The translations under genes and the position numbers were made by a program. The notes under the pieces are model-generated. The model searched no databases. It was not told where the DNA came from and saw only the letters and a list, made by a program, of their open reading frames with translations. This document shows, piece after piece, positions 1-11,503 of a stretch of 64,000 nt of DNA (its first letter is position 1; every line of letters starts with the position of its first letter). This stretch comes from Lingula anatina (taxonomy: Eukaryota; Animalia; Brachiopoda). The DNA lies in contig JBPQGU010000016.1 of assembly GCA_051362555.1 (NCBI GenBank), positions 2,728,001-2,792,000 on the forward strand, in the 5' to 3' direction.

Positions 1-2410
1 AAATTTTATGAATTAATATTTTAAAATTATTCTTTAAAATAATATCATTTTTATTCAATTTATATTTATTTATATTGTTTTTAATTTCATTTAATCTTTT
101 ATTTTTAACATTTTCATTAATTAAATTTTTAAAATTTTCAAATATTTCTTTATAACCAATAAATGTATTAGGAATTTTTTTTAATTTTTTTATTTCTTTA
201 TTAATATTTAAATCATTTAAATAATTAATTTTATTTTTTAATTCTTTTAATAAATTATTTAAATTATTTAAATAATTTATACTTAATTTTTTAACTTGAT
301 TATATGTAGTTATTGCATATATTCTGTAAATATTTTTACTTATTGTTTTAAAATCAATAATTCTAAAAGATTCAATTTCTGAAGTATTTAAAACATGTGT
401 TCCACCACATAACTCAATAGAAAAATCATCAAATTTAACAACTCTAACTTTTGATTTATCATAAAAATCTTCAAAAAAAGACAAAGCACCCATATTTTTA
501 GATTCTTCTAAAGAAGTAAAAATTATTTCTGATTTTATTTTTTTTTCAATAATTTTATTAATTAATTGTTCAATTTTAATAATTTGATTTTTAAATATTT
601 TTTTATCTGAATAAAAATCTAATCTTAAATATTTTTCATTGTTAAAAGAACCATTTTGTTTTATTTGATCTGAAATTTGACTTCTTAATAAAGAATGTAA
701 TAAATGAGTTGAAGAATGATTTTTTCTTGTTAAATCACGTTTTATTTTATCTATTTTTAAAATAACCTCATCACCTACTTTAATTTTATTATTTAGCTTT
801 ACTTTATGTAAAATTTGATTTCTATTATTAAATTGAACATTAATAACTTGACTTTTTACACCATTTAAAATAATGTTGCCAGTATCAAAATCTTGACCAC
901 CTTTTTCAGCATAAAATGGAGTTTCTTCAAAAATAACTCATGGTATATTATTTGAAAAATTTATACTTTTTTTATTTTCAAATATACCTAAAATTTTTGT
1001 TTTTAATTCATATTTATTTTCAAAAAATTTTGTAGGTCCTTTACCATTTAAAAATAAAGTTTTTCATTCTTTTTGAAAACTTCATTCTTTTTTATTTGAA
1101 ATTTTTTGATGTTCAGCTCAAAATTTATTAAAAGTTTTAATATCTAATTTAATATTTTGGTTATTTGAAATATTTTTAATAATTTCTAATGGAATTCCAT
1201 ATGATGAAACTAAATTAAAAATTGTTTTTCCATCAATATAACTATTTTTTAATTTTAATAATTCTTTTATTTTTTTATTTTTTAATAATTTAAAAAATAT
1301 TTCTTCTTCATTTTTTATTAATTTTAATATTTCTTTTTCATTTATTTTTAATTCAGGATAAATTTTGCTATATTTTTCAACTACTTTTTCACAAATTTTA
1401 TAAATATTTGGTTCATAAATTTTTAAAAAATAAAATTGTAAACAAGCATTTCGAATTATTCTTCTTAAAATGTAACCTTTTTTATTTTTAAAATTTATTT
1501 CTTTTTTTTCTATTAATAAATCAGAAATCAAAAAAGTAATTGCACGACTATGGTCAAGTATTATCTTTATCTTAATATTTAAATCTTGATTATTTTTTGA
1601 AGATAAATTTATATCTTTATTTAAAATTTTTTTCATTAATTTTAATGAATTATCAAATAAATCAGTTTCAAATGGATTTTCTTTTTTTTGTAAAATTGTT
1701 AAAATTCTTTCTAATCCAGCACCAGTATCAATATTTTTATTTTCTAATAATTTATAATTTTGATTACCTGTATTTACAAATTGTGAAAAAACAACATTTC
1801 AAACTTCTAAGTACCTATCATTTTCAATATCATCTTTTATTAAATTAATACCTTTATTTTTTAAATCATATTTATTACCAAGGTCATAATAAAACTCTAC
1901 ATTAGGACCACATGGACCAACACCTAAATCCCAAAAATTTGTTTTTCTTCCCATTGGAATTAAATGTTTTTCATTAATATTATTTAATTTTTTTAATATA
2001 TTAAAAGCTTTTAAATCTTCATTAAAATATGTAATAAAAATTTTTTTTGCATTTAAATTCAATAATTTTTCATCTGTTAAAAATTCTCAAGCTCATTCTA
2101 ATGATTCTTTTTTAAAATAATCACCTATTGAAAAATTACCTAACATTTCAAAAAATGTTAAATGTCTATTTGTTATTCCAATTTTTGAAATATCTTTTGT
2201 TCTTAATGATTTTTGTATATTTACTATTCTTTTATTACTTGGTTTTTTAATACCTAAAAAATAATCTTTTAATCCAGCAACACCTGAATTAACTCATAAA
2301 AGTGATTCATCTTTACTAATTAAAGATACTGATTTTTTAAATTCGTGATTTTTGTTTGTTCAAAATTTAATTCACAATTTTCTAAGTTGAAAGTAAGTTA
2401 AATTTTTCAT
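1..2410 (-). CDS. alaS: Alanine--tRNA ligase (3' end outside window)
   Basis: Starts [13 protein letters not shown]; motifs [40 protein letters not shown]; fragments join through TGA. Confidence 0.95.
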
Positions 2411-3720
2411 TCTTTTTTATATACAACACTTAATATTGTTTTTATAATGATTATTGCTGGTAATGCAAAAATCATTGAAAAAACACCAAATAAAACACCA
2501 AAAAAAACTAATGCCATAATTATTGTAACTGGTCCAATTTTTAATTGTTGTGAATAAACTAGTGGTGCAACTAATAAAGATTGACCAACTTGTATTAATA
2601 CAGTACCACCAACAGCAACAATAAATGGCAATCAATTAACAAATAATGAAACATCTGTAATAATTGCATGTGAAATTCCAAGACCAACTATTGGTATAAC
2701 TCCAACTCATGGTCCAATATATGGTATTAAATTGAATAATGACATAATCAATGTTAATGCAAAAACAGAATCAAGAAACCCACTATCCCGTCAAATAATA
2801 CCAGTTAAAAATATAAAAAAACCTGTACCTAAAAAAATATAAGTTTGTTCTATAAAAACACCTTTAGATCAAGATTTTAAATTTTTTGTAAGTTCAAATT
2901 TTAATTTTTCTTTTACATCTTTTTCTTGTTGTTTTGTAAAAAAATTTCAAATTTTTGAATAAAATGATTGTCCTTTACCCATTGAAAAAGCAGCAATAAA
3001 TAATGAAAAAACTATTATATAAATTATCATAAACAAAATATTAAGATTACTTCATAAATAATCAATATAACCTTTATTTGAAAGTTTATAAAAAAATGAA
3101 ATTAATTTAATTGATATACCTTTAAAATATTGAGAAGTTGAAAACATTTTTATTAACAAAACAAAAATACCAGATAATTCTGAATTTTTAAAAGATGTTG
3201 TCACTTCATTTTTTTTAATAACTTTATATGAAAAATTCCATTGATCATTTTCAGAAATTAAATCTAATTTTTCTAAATTAGTTGATGTAATTTCTTTGTT
3301 TTTAATACCTTCAAAAAACTCTTTTACTTCTATATTTGAAGGTGTTTTTTCTATTAAAAAATCATATAAACTTTGTAATTGGTATAAAAATAAAATAATG
3401 ATACCAACTAAAAATATAACAATTAAAAAAGAAATAAATATATATGAAATAATTTGACTTGTTTTTTCAGAAAAATATTTTTTTAAAAAAAGTACAAATG
3501 GCTTACTTATATATGAAAAAGCAAAACCAAAAAATAATGGTAATGATGTAATTAAAAGCAAAATTAATTGATTAGAAATTTGTCTAAAAATCAAAAAACC
3601 AATAATTAATATTACTAAAAAAAAAGAAATTCTAAATCATCTAAAACTAAAAATTTTAGAAATAAAAAAATCTTTTGAATTTTTATTTTCATTATTATTA
3701 ACAGGAATTGAATTTTTCAT
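2398..3720 (-). CDS. AI-2E family (UPF0118) membrane transporter
   Basis: Multi-TM protein with FNLIPYIGPW and C-terminal FGVLFGVFSMIFALP, typical of AI-2E. Confidence 0.7.
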
Positions 3721-3739
3721 ATATATTTCAATTTAAAAT

Positions 3740-3895
3740 TTATTTAATTGATTTTTCTTTGTGTAACATAATTTTTTTGCAATTTTTACAAAATTTATTC
3801 ATCTCTAATTTTCCAGTACTTGTTTTTTTGTTTTTAGTTGAAAAATAATTTCGAGTTTTACATTCTGTACATGCAAATGATATTTTTATTCTCAT
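3740..3895 (-). CDS. rpmG: 50S ribosomal protein L33
   Basis: [24 protein letters not shown]...[14 protein letters not shown]. Confidence 0.93.
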   Translation of the reverse strand: MRIKISFACTECKTRNYFSTKNKKTSTGKLEMNKFCKNCKKIMLHKEKSIK

Positions 3896-3908
3896 ACTTT
3901 TTTATTCC

Positions 3909-4139
3909 TTATTTTTGAAATTTTTGCATTGCATTAACAACTGAATTTATTTGTGATTCTGATGGTTTTCTTCCCATTTGCATATACATTGCACGAATCA
4001 TATTTTTATTAATTGGAGGATTCTCCATTAATTGTTTTGTAAATACTTTCTTAGCAATTAAAAAACCAATAACAATACCTATAAGTATAGTTACAACTGG
4101 TAACACTGCTACTAAAACAATTGCTTCTGTTGGTCACAT
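3909..4139 (-). CDS. YneF/UPF0154 family membrane protein
   Basis: TM helix then ENPPINKNMIRAMYMQMGRKPSESQI. Confidence 0.85.
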
Positions 4140-4178
4140 ATTTTTTTTATCTTTTATTCCTTTCAATTTTAAATTTAA

Positions 4179-4266
4179 TGGTGCAGAAAAAGGGACTTGA
4201 ACCCTTACATCACAAATGATACTAGCTCCTAAGGCTAGCGCGTCTACCAAATTCCGCCATTTCTGC
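4179..4266 (-). tRNA. tRNA-Leu(TAG)
   Basis: Cloverleaf, anticodon arm CTAGC-CTTAGGA-GCTAG, long variable arm, CCA end. Confidence 0.95.
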
Positions 4267-4315
4267 TTTATTGATTATTATTAATAATTATTTTATAATT
4301 TTTTATTTGCTTTTT

Positions 4316-5929
4316 CTATTTTTTTCTTGGAGATTTAGAAAATAAACAGTTAAAATTCAATGTTTTTGGAAAAGCAATCACATCTCTTATACTATTTGCA
4401 TTAACTAAAATCATAATAATTCTGTCTATTCCAATTGCAATTCCAGCATGTGGTGGATAACCATATTTCATTGATTCAAGAAAAAATCCAAATTCTTTTT
4501 CAATTTGTTTTTCATCCATACCTAATATTTTAAATACTTTTCTTTGCATATTTTCTTTAAAAATACGTTCAGAACCACTACCTAATTCAATACCATTTAC
4601 AACTAAATCATAACCATTTGATTTACATTTTTTTCAATCTTTTTCAAATTCTTCTTCATTTTTTGGTAAAGTAAATGGATGATGTGAAGAAACATATTTG
4701 TTTTTTAATTCTGAAAATTCAAACATAAATGGATTGGTTATTCAACAAAATTTAAATTCATTTTTATTTTTTAAATTTAAAAAATCTGCCAAAATATTTC
4801 TAACTTGAGAAAGAACAACATTTGATAATTGTTTTTTAGAAACAAAAGCAATTAATGATTTATTTTTATTTTTAATGTTTTCTATTTCTTCTAAATCAAA
4901 ATTTGTACTTAGACTTTTACAATTAATCATTAATTTTTTTTCTGTTATTTTTGAAATTTCAAACTTTAAAAAATTAAATTGTTCTTTATTTATATCACCA
5001 TCAAACCATATTCCTCTTGCAACTTCATTAGAATTTACTTTTATGAATTTTAATTCTTCTATTTTTAAATCAAATCTTAAATCTGGTTTATCAGTTCCAT
5101 ATTTTTCAATTGAATATTCATAATCAATTCTTTTAAATTTATAATTAATTTGAAATCCCATTCTTTTTCAAAGATCTTTAATCATTTCTTCAATTAAGTT
5201 TAAAATTTTCTCTTGTTTTGCAAAACAAATCTCTAAATCTAATTGAGTAAACTCTGGTTGTCTATCATTTCTTAAATTTTCATCTCTAAAACATCTAGCT
5301 ATTTGATAATAAGAATCAAAACCAGCATTCATTAATGTTTGTTTATAAATTTGTGGTGATTGTGGTAATGCAAAATAATAATTTTTTTTATTATTAATTT
5401 TAACTAAAAAACTATCAGCACCTTCAATTGTTGGAAAAGATAAAATTGGAGTTTCTATTTCTAATATTTCTTTTGTATTTAAAAAATTTCTAATAAATTT
5501 TAAAACATTTGATCTTATTATTAAATTTTTTTTTAAATTTGATCTTCTTAAATCTAAATATCTATATTTTAAACGAATTTTTTCAAGGCCATCAGTTTCA
5601 TCTTTTATCATAAATGGAGTTATTTTTGAATTATTTATAATTTTAAGTTTTGTAATTAATATTTCAAAAATTCCTGTTAAAATCTTCTTATTTGGTTTAT
5701 TTCTTAAATTTAATGTTCCTTCTATTTCAATTAATGTTTCTTTTGAAAGATGTAAAATATTTTCAAAAATTTTTGAATCCTCTTTTACAATAATTTGTAC
5801 AATATCAAATGTATCTCTAAGATCCAAAAAACAAATAGAACCCATTTTTCTAATATTTTGAATTCAACCAATCATTTTTATTTTTTTATTTAAAAACTTA
5901 TTTGATAAATTTATTGATTTTATATACAT
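4316..5929 (-). CDS. aspS: Aspartate--tRNA ligase
   Basis: RLKYRYLDLR, ALPQSPQIYKQ, YQIARCFRDE, PPHAGIAIGIDR. Confidence 0.96.
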
Positions 5930-5932
5930 AAT

Positions 5933-7213
5933 TTAATTATTTTTTAAAATTTCTATTACTCCATCTAAAGAAGATATAAATTGAATTTTTTCTTCTTTAT
6001 TTTTATAAATTTTTTTTATTAATACTTTTTTTTCTTTTATATATTCATTTCCAAAAAAAATCATTCATTTAATATTTTTTTTTAAATTTTTTTCTAATGA
6101 TTTTAAAAATGAAATTGGTTTTAAATCATTTATTACAAAATATTTTGCATTGATTAATTCATTTTGTAATTTTAATGCATTATATTTAAATTCTTCTTTT
6201 AAAAAAGAAATAGAAATCTTTTGTTTATTAAAAAAATTATTTTTTTCAAAAAATGAAATTTTATCTAATGCAATCAAAAATCTTTCTATACCTATTGCAA
6301 AACCAATACCTTTTTCATTTTCTTTGAATTTATCACTAAATGCATTTAATAAATATTCACCACCAGCTAAAATTACATTTTTGGCTCATTTTTCATTTGA
6401 ATTAAATAATAATTCAAAAATTATTCCATCATAATAATCAAGTCCTCTTGTTAAATTTTTATCTTCAATTATTTTTAAATTTTCAAAAATAATTGATAAA
6501 TCTTTTTTTATTTTTTTGTATCTTTTTTTATCATTTAATGTTAAAAAATCAATTAAATTAATTTTTTTAGATAAATTTTTTCCATCAATTTTACAATCTA
6601 AAATACGAAATACATTATTTTGTTTTTTTCTTTCTAAACAAAAATTACATAATTTAAATTCATCAGAAATACTAGAAAAAAAACTTCTAACATTTTTCAA
6701 TTGATTTAAAGAAATGTAATTTATTTTTAATGTTACAAATTTTTTTATTTCAAAAAATTCTAATATTAAATTTAAAAATGAAAAAATTTTTAAATAATTA
6801 TTATCATCAGTTAAAATTTGTTCTAATGATCATTGATAAAATTCTCTATATCTACCTTTTTGAGGATTTTCATATCTAAAACAATTTCCTGAAGTAAAAA
6901 CATTAAATGGTTTTTTTGGATTTAATAATTTTGATTCCAAAACTGCACGTATAACATTTGATGTTAATTCTGGACGAAGAACGATATTTTTATTATTTTT
7001 ATCTTTTGATTTTATTGAAAAAAATTCTTTTTGTACTATATCACTTGTATTTCCTAATGTTTTTGAAAAAACATCTTCTAATTCAACAGTTGGAAGTATT
7101 AAAGAATTAAAATTAGATTTTATTGCAAAATCATTTAAAAAATTTATTATTATTTGATTTTTATTTACATCTAAATTTCATTTATCTAAAAAACCTTTTA
7201 ATTTTTTAATCAT
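5933..7213 (-). CDS. hisS: Histidine--tRNA ligase
   Basis: LRPELT, FRYENPQKGRYREF, RGLDYY, GFAIGIER; adjacent to aspS. Confidence 0.93.
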
Positions 7214-8678
7214 TTATACCTTTCATTGTTTCTTCTTTTCCATATTTAAAAACAACATTTGAAATTTGTTTTTTAAACTTTAAAATAATTTTATATTCTA
7301 ACTTAACAAACAAAAAATAAAGTATTTTTTGTAAAAAATAAAATATTGGAATAACAAATATAATTATTATAAAAAAACCAATAAATTGAATATTTCTTAA
7401 ATCAAATAACAATAAAATACTTAAAATTAAAAATGAAAAAAGAATTATTTTATATTTATTTGTTTCTCTTTTTAAATTTAAAAAAAATAAATTTTTTAAA
7501 ATATTTTCATTTAATGAATCTATTAAACTTATTTTTCTTTCACAAAAATTTAAAAAATTTTCAACTAATAAAAAATCTAATAAAAAAACAAAATATATCA
7601 TTGGTACATTTATATTTTTTATTGTATCTATAATTTTTTCATTATTAAATGAAAAATAAAAAATTAAAGAAAACAAAACAAGTTTAATTGGAAATAAAAA
7701 TGTATATATTAAAAAACCTTTAATTTTATATCTAATCATTAAATAAATCATTGGAATTAACATTGTAAAAGATAAATTTTTTAACATTTCTAAAAAAATA
7801 TCTTTAAATTCATTATTATTATTTAATTTTGTAAAAATTTTATTTGTTAAAGTACTAAACAAACTTACAATTACAATTGATGAAATTATTAATAAAAAAT
7901 TAAAAATTAAATTCAATATAATTATTTTTTTATTTAAATTATATTTATTTAAAATTTTATTATTTAAAATTAAAAAATTTATCTTTTGAAAATTATTTTT
8001 AACAAAAAAATCAAATTGAAAAAACAAAAATGTAATTAATAAAAGAAATAAAATAAATTGAATAATAAATGAATTTAAAACAATAAATAACAAAGAAAGA
8101 AAATGTTTATCTAAATTATCATATTTTACAATAAATGTTGGAGTTAATATAAATAAAATAATTAATAAATAATACTTCAATTTATAAAATTCTTTAATAA
8201 AAAAAAATTTAAAAAACTTTATAATTCCGATTTCATTATTTAAAGAATATTTTTTATAAAATTTAAAAAATAAAATATGCATATAAATTCCTAAATAAAA
8301 AAAAGAAAAAACAGAAATAAAATAAAATAATTTATTTTCTAAAACGTATAAAAATTGCCATTCTAATTTATAAAAAGGAAAACAAATATTTAAAGATAAA
8401 AATAAAAAATTAATTAAATATATAAAAAAACCAAAAAATTTAAATCTTTTTATTAAATAAAAAAAAGTAAATATTAAAAATACTAAAATTATTGAAAATT
8501 GTGAAATATTATATTTGTTAATAATATTTTTTTCATTTACAATTTTAAGAAAACTTATGTCAAAATTAATAAAAAAAGTTCCTATTAACAAAATAATAAA
8601 AAAACTAATTAAATATAAAACTATTGGAAACTTTCCATTTATTCCAAATAAATTATTCAATCTAATATTAAATTTCAT
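7206..8678 (-). CDS. Polytopic membrane protein, possibly reduced SecDF
   Basis: About 12 hydrophobic segments in two halves; yebC-X-hisS-aspS position. Confidence 0.4.
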   Translation of the reverse strand: MKFNIRLNNLFGINGKFPIVLYLISFFIILLIGTFFINFDISFLKIVNEKNIINKYNISQFSIILVFLIFTFFYLIKRFKFFGFFIYLINFLFLSLNICFPFYKLEWQFLYVLENKLFYFISVFSFFYLGIYMHILFFKFYKKYSLNNEIGIIKFFKFFFIKEFYKLKYYLLIILFILTPTFIVKYDNLDKHFLSLLFIVLNSFIIQFILFLLLITFLFFQFDFFVKNNFQKINFLILNNKILNKYNLNKKIIILNLIFNFLLIISSIVIVSLFSTLTNKIFTKLNNNNEFKDIFLEMLKNLSFTMLIPMIYLMIRYKIKGFLIYTFLFPIKLVLFSLIFYFSFNNEKIIDTIKNINVPMIYFVFLLDFLLVENFLNFCERKISLIDSLNENILKNLFFLNLKRETNKYKIILFSFLILSILLLFDLRNIQFIGFFIIIIFVIPIFYFLQKILYFLFVKLEYKIILKFKKQISNVVFKYGKEETMKGIND

Positions 8679-9378
8679 TTTCTAAATCATCAAAAATTTC
8701 TTTACATTCTTGAATTTCTAATATTTTATTTTTTATTTTAATATATTCATCTTTTAATTCATTAGAAATTATTTTTCTTACAAACGGAACAAGAATTTCT
8801 AATGAATCTAAAATTTCTATATTTTTACTTAATAAATTATTTTTTAACTTTTTAATTTCTGAAGAATTATTAAAAATAAAAATTATTTTTTCATTTTTTT
8901 CTTCTATATTTTCTACATCAACATCTTCTAATAAATCAAATAATTTTTCTTCTGAAATTTTATTTATTATAATTTTATATTTTGTTTCAAATAAATGTTT
9001 TATAGAACTACTTTTTAAAATATTAATTTTAGATTTTTTTGTTACTTCTTTAATATTATTTAAGCTTCTTAAAAAATTATCAGTAAAAACTTTTATAAAC
9101 AAATTTATTTTTTGTGCAAATTTTGCTTCACATCAAAAAATATTTTTATTTTCAATTGAAGAACTTTTTTTTAATGCTCTTTGAATAACATCTTTTGGTA
9201 GGTTTTCCTTCCTTGCTAATTCTAAAAGTTTTTTTAATTCAGAATTTGTATTTGGATTTGGATTAAAGTTAGCAACTTTTTGAATTTCATTAACTAATTT
9301 TTGAAACTTTTTACTTTTTTGACTATCTTGTCTTTCTTTACGATGTTTTATGTTTGCTCACTTAGAGTGTCCTGCCAT
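8668..9378 (-). CDS. yebC: YebC/PmpR family protein
   Basis: N-terminus MAGHSKWANIKHRK. Confidence 0.92.
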
Positions 9379-9402
9379 TTTTAAAACTCTTTGATTTTTA
9401 AA

Positions 9403-10683
9403 TTATTTTTTTTTGTTTTCTAAAGAATTATTATTAATTAAAAATTCTTCAACTTTATTTTTTAAAAAATTATTATAAATTGCTGTTTTAGGATACACTT
9501 TTTTTAATTCATCAACTGATTTTTTTGTATATTGTGACAACATGTTGTAATAACTTTCAATCTCTTGTTCAGTTACATCTATATTTTCAATTTTAGCAAT
9601 TTCAAAAATTACTAATAATTCTTTAATTGTATTTTCAGTTTTTATTTTTAACTCTTTTTCAAAATCTTTTAAAGACATTTTTTTATTTTTCAAAAAATCT
9701 TCTAATTTAATATTTTTTCTTTTTAAATAATCAATTTGATTTTCTTTTAAATATTTAAATTCACGTTCAAAATATGTTTTTGGAAGATCAATTTTTGAAT
9801 TTTTTAAAATTTCTTCATTTATTTTTGAAATTAAAATAGGTCTATTATTTTGTTTTTGTATACTAATTAATTCATCTGAAACTTTTTGTCTTAATTCTTC
9901 TTCAGATTTTAAATTTAACTTATCAATTAATTCTTCTTTAGATAATTTAACCTTTTCATGAACTTTATTTAAAATAATTTTAAATATTACTTCTTTACCA
10001 GCAAATTCAGGTGCATAATCTTTTGGAAAATTTAATTTTAAATCTTTATTTTCATTTAATTTCATTCCAATTACACCATCTTCAAAACCTGGAATAAATG
10101 TATTACTTCCTAATTCAAGAGAATAATTTTTCATTGATGCTTTTTCATTTTTTTTTCCATCAATAAAACCTTCAAAATCAATATTTGCAAACATTCCTTT
10201 TTTAGCAATATTTCCTTTTTCAACTAATTTTGAAAATTTTTCTTTTTTTTGTTCTATTAAATCATCTATTTCATTTTCTGAAATTTTTTTATTTTTAATT
10301 GAAATATTAAAATTTTTATATTTTGTTAATTCAATTGTTGGTAATTTTTCAAATTCAAATTCAACTTCAAATTCAGAAAATGATATTTTTTTAGTACTTC
10401 TTCCAACAAGACGATAAATTTCTAATTCTTTTTCTTTTTTTAATTGATTAAATATTTTTTGAATACCTTTTTCTTCAGCTTGAGAAAGAATATCAGATGT
10501 TGAAACATATCTTTCAACAAGTTCTTTTGGTACATTACCAGAACGAAAACCTTTTATTTTTAATTTTTTACCAATAGATTCTTTAACACTATCAATAACA
10601 CTATTTCATTCTTCAAAAGAAAATGAAACTATATTTTTAATAATTTCATCATTTTTTATTTTTTCAAATTTTACAGTAAACAT
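9403..10683 (-). CDS. tig: Trigger factor
   Basis: KGFRSGNVP ribosome-binding motif; FKBP domain LGSNTFIPGFEDG. Confidence 0.95.
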
Positions 10684-10728
10684 TAATTAACTCAATTCTT
10701 TCTTTTTTATTTTTAAATATTAAAAAAA

Positions 10729-10805
10729 TGGAGCCCACGGAGGGAATCGAACCCCCGACCCAAAGATTAGAAAACTTTTGCTCTAAACCACTGAGCTACG
10801 CAGGC
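10729..10805 (-). tRNA. tRNA-Arg(TCT)
   Basis: Cloverleaf, anticodon loop TTTCTAA, CCA end. Confidence 0.9.
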
Positions 10806-10855
10806 AATTCTTAAATACCCATATTATTTCAATAAATTTTAAAAATTTATTGAAG

Positions 10856-10942
10856 TGGTACCCGGAGCCGGACTTGAACCGGCACGAACCAAAGTTCGGC
10901 AGATCTTAAGTCTGCTGTGTCTACCAATTCCACCACCCAGGC
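10856..10942 (-). tRNA. tRNA-Leu(TAA)
   Basis: Anticodon loop CTTAAGA, long variable arm. Confidence 0.95.
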
Positions 10943-10951
10943 ATAAAAGAA

Positions 10952-11027
10952 TGGTGTCCCATAGAGGGCTCGAACCTCTGACACCCTGGTTAAAAGCCAG
11001 GTGCTCTACCAACTGAGCTAATAGGAC
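10952..11027 (-). tRNA. tRNA-Lys(TTT)
   Basis: Anticodon loop CTTTTAA. Confidence 0.95.
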
Positions 11028-11044
11028 TTTTTTTTTTTTTTTTT

Positions 11045-11119
11045 TGGCTGGGGCAGACAGATTCGAACTATCGTATCATGGGACCAAAACCCATTGCCTT
11101 TCCACTTGGCTATGCCCCA
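11045..11119 (-). tRNA. tRNA-Gln(TTG)
   Basis: 5' TGGGGCATAGCCAAG; anticodon loop TTTTGGT. Confidence 0.93.
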
Positions 11120-11209
11120 TTATTTTTAAAAACCAAAAACACTTAAAAATTAAATGTATATTTTTATTATATTTAAAAATATTTTTAAATAATAAAATTT
11201 TTTTAAAAA

Positions 11210-11295
11210 TGGTGGAAGCGAGAGGATTCGAACCTCTGAACCCGAAGGAGCTGATTTACAGTCAGCCGTGTTTAGCCAGACTTCACTACGCTTCC
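11210..11295 (-). tRNA. tRNA-Tyr(GTA)
   Basis: Anticodon loop CTGTAAA, long variable arm. Confidence 0.93.
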
Positions 11296-11297
11296 AA

Positions 11298-11372
11298 TGG
11301 TGCTGACTATAAGATTTGAACTTACAACCTTTCGCTTACAAGGCGAGTGCTCTACCATTGAGCTAAGTCAGC
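11298..11372 (-). tRNA. tRNA-Thr(TGT)
   Basis: Anticodon loop CTTGTAA. Confidence 0.93.
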
Positions 11373-11374
11373 AA

Positions 11375-11450
11375 TGGTAGAGTGTAACAGATTCGAACTG
11401 TTGACCTCCTGTTTGTAAGACAGGCGTTCTCCCAACTGAACTAACACTCT
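11375..11450 (-). tRNA. tRNA-Val(TAC)
   Basis: Anticodon loop CTTACAA. Confidence 0.93.
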
Positions 11451-11503
11451 AAAACTTATTAATAATTATTTTATCAATTTTTATAAATCTTTAATAAATA
11501 AAT

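Noticed and set aside
11028-11045. T18 run between tRNA-Lys and tRNA-Gln
   Set aside because: Spacer inside a tRNA cluster with no promoter context; homopolymers are common here.
11044-11319. 91-aa plus-strand ORF
   Set aside because: Antisense to tRNA-Gln, tRNA-Tyr and tRNA-Thr.
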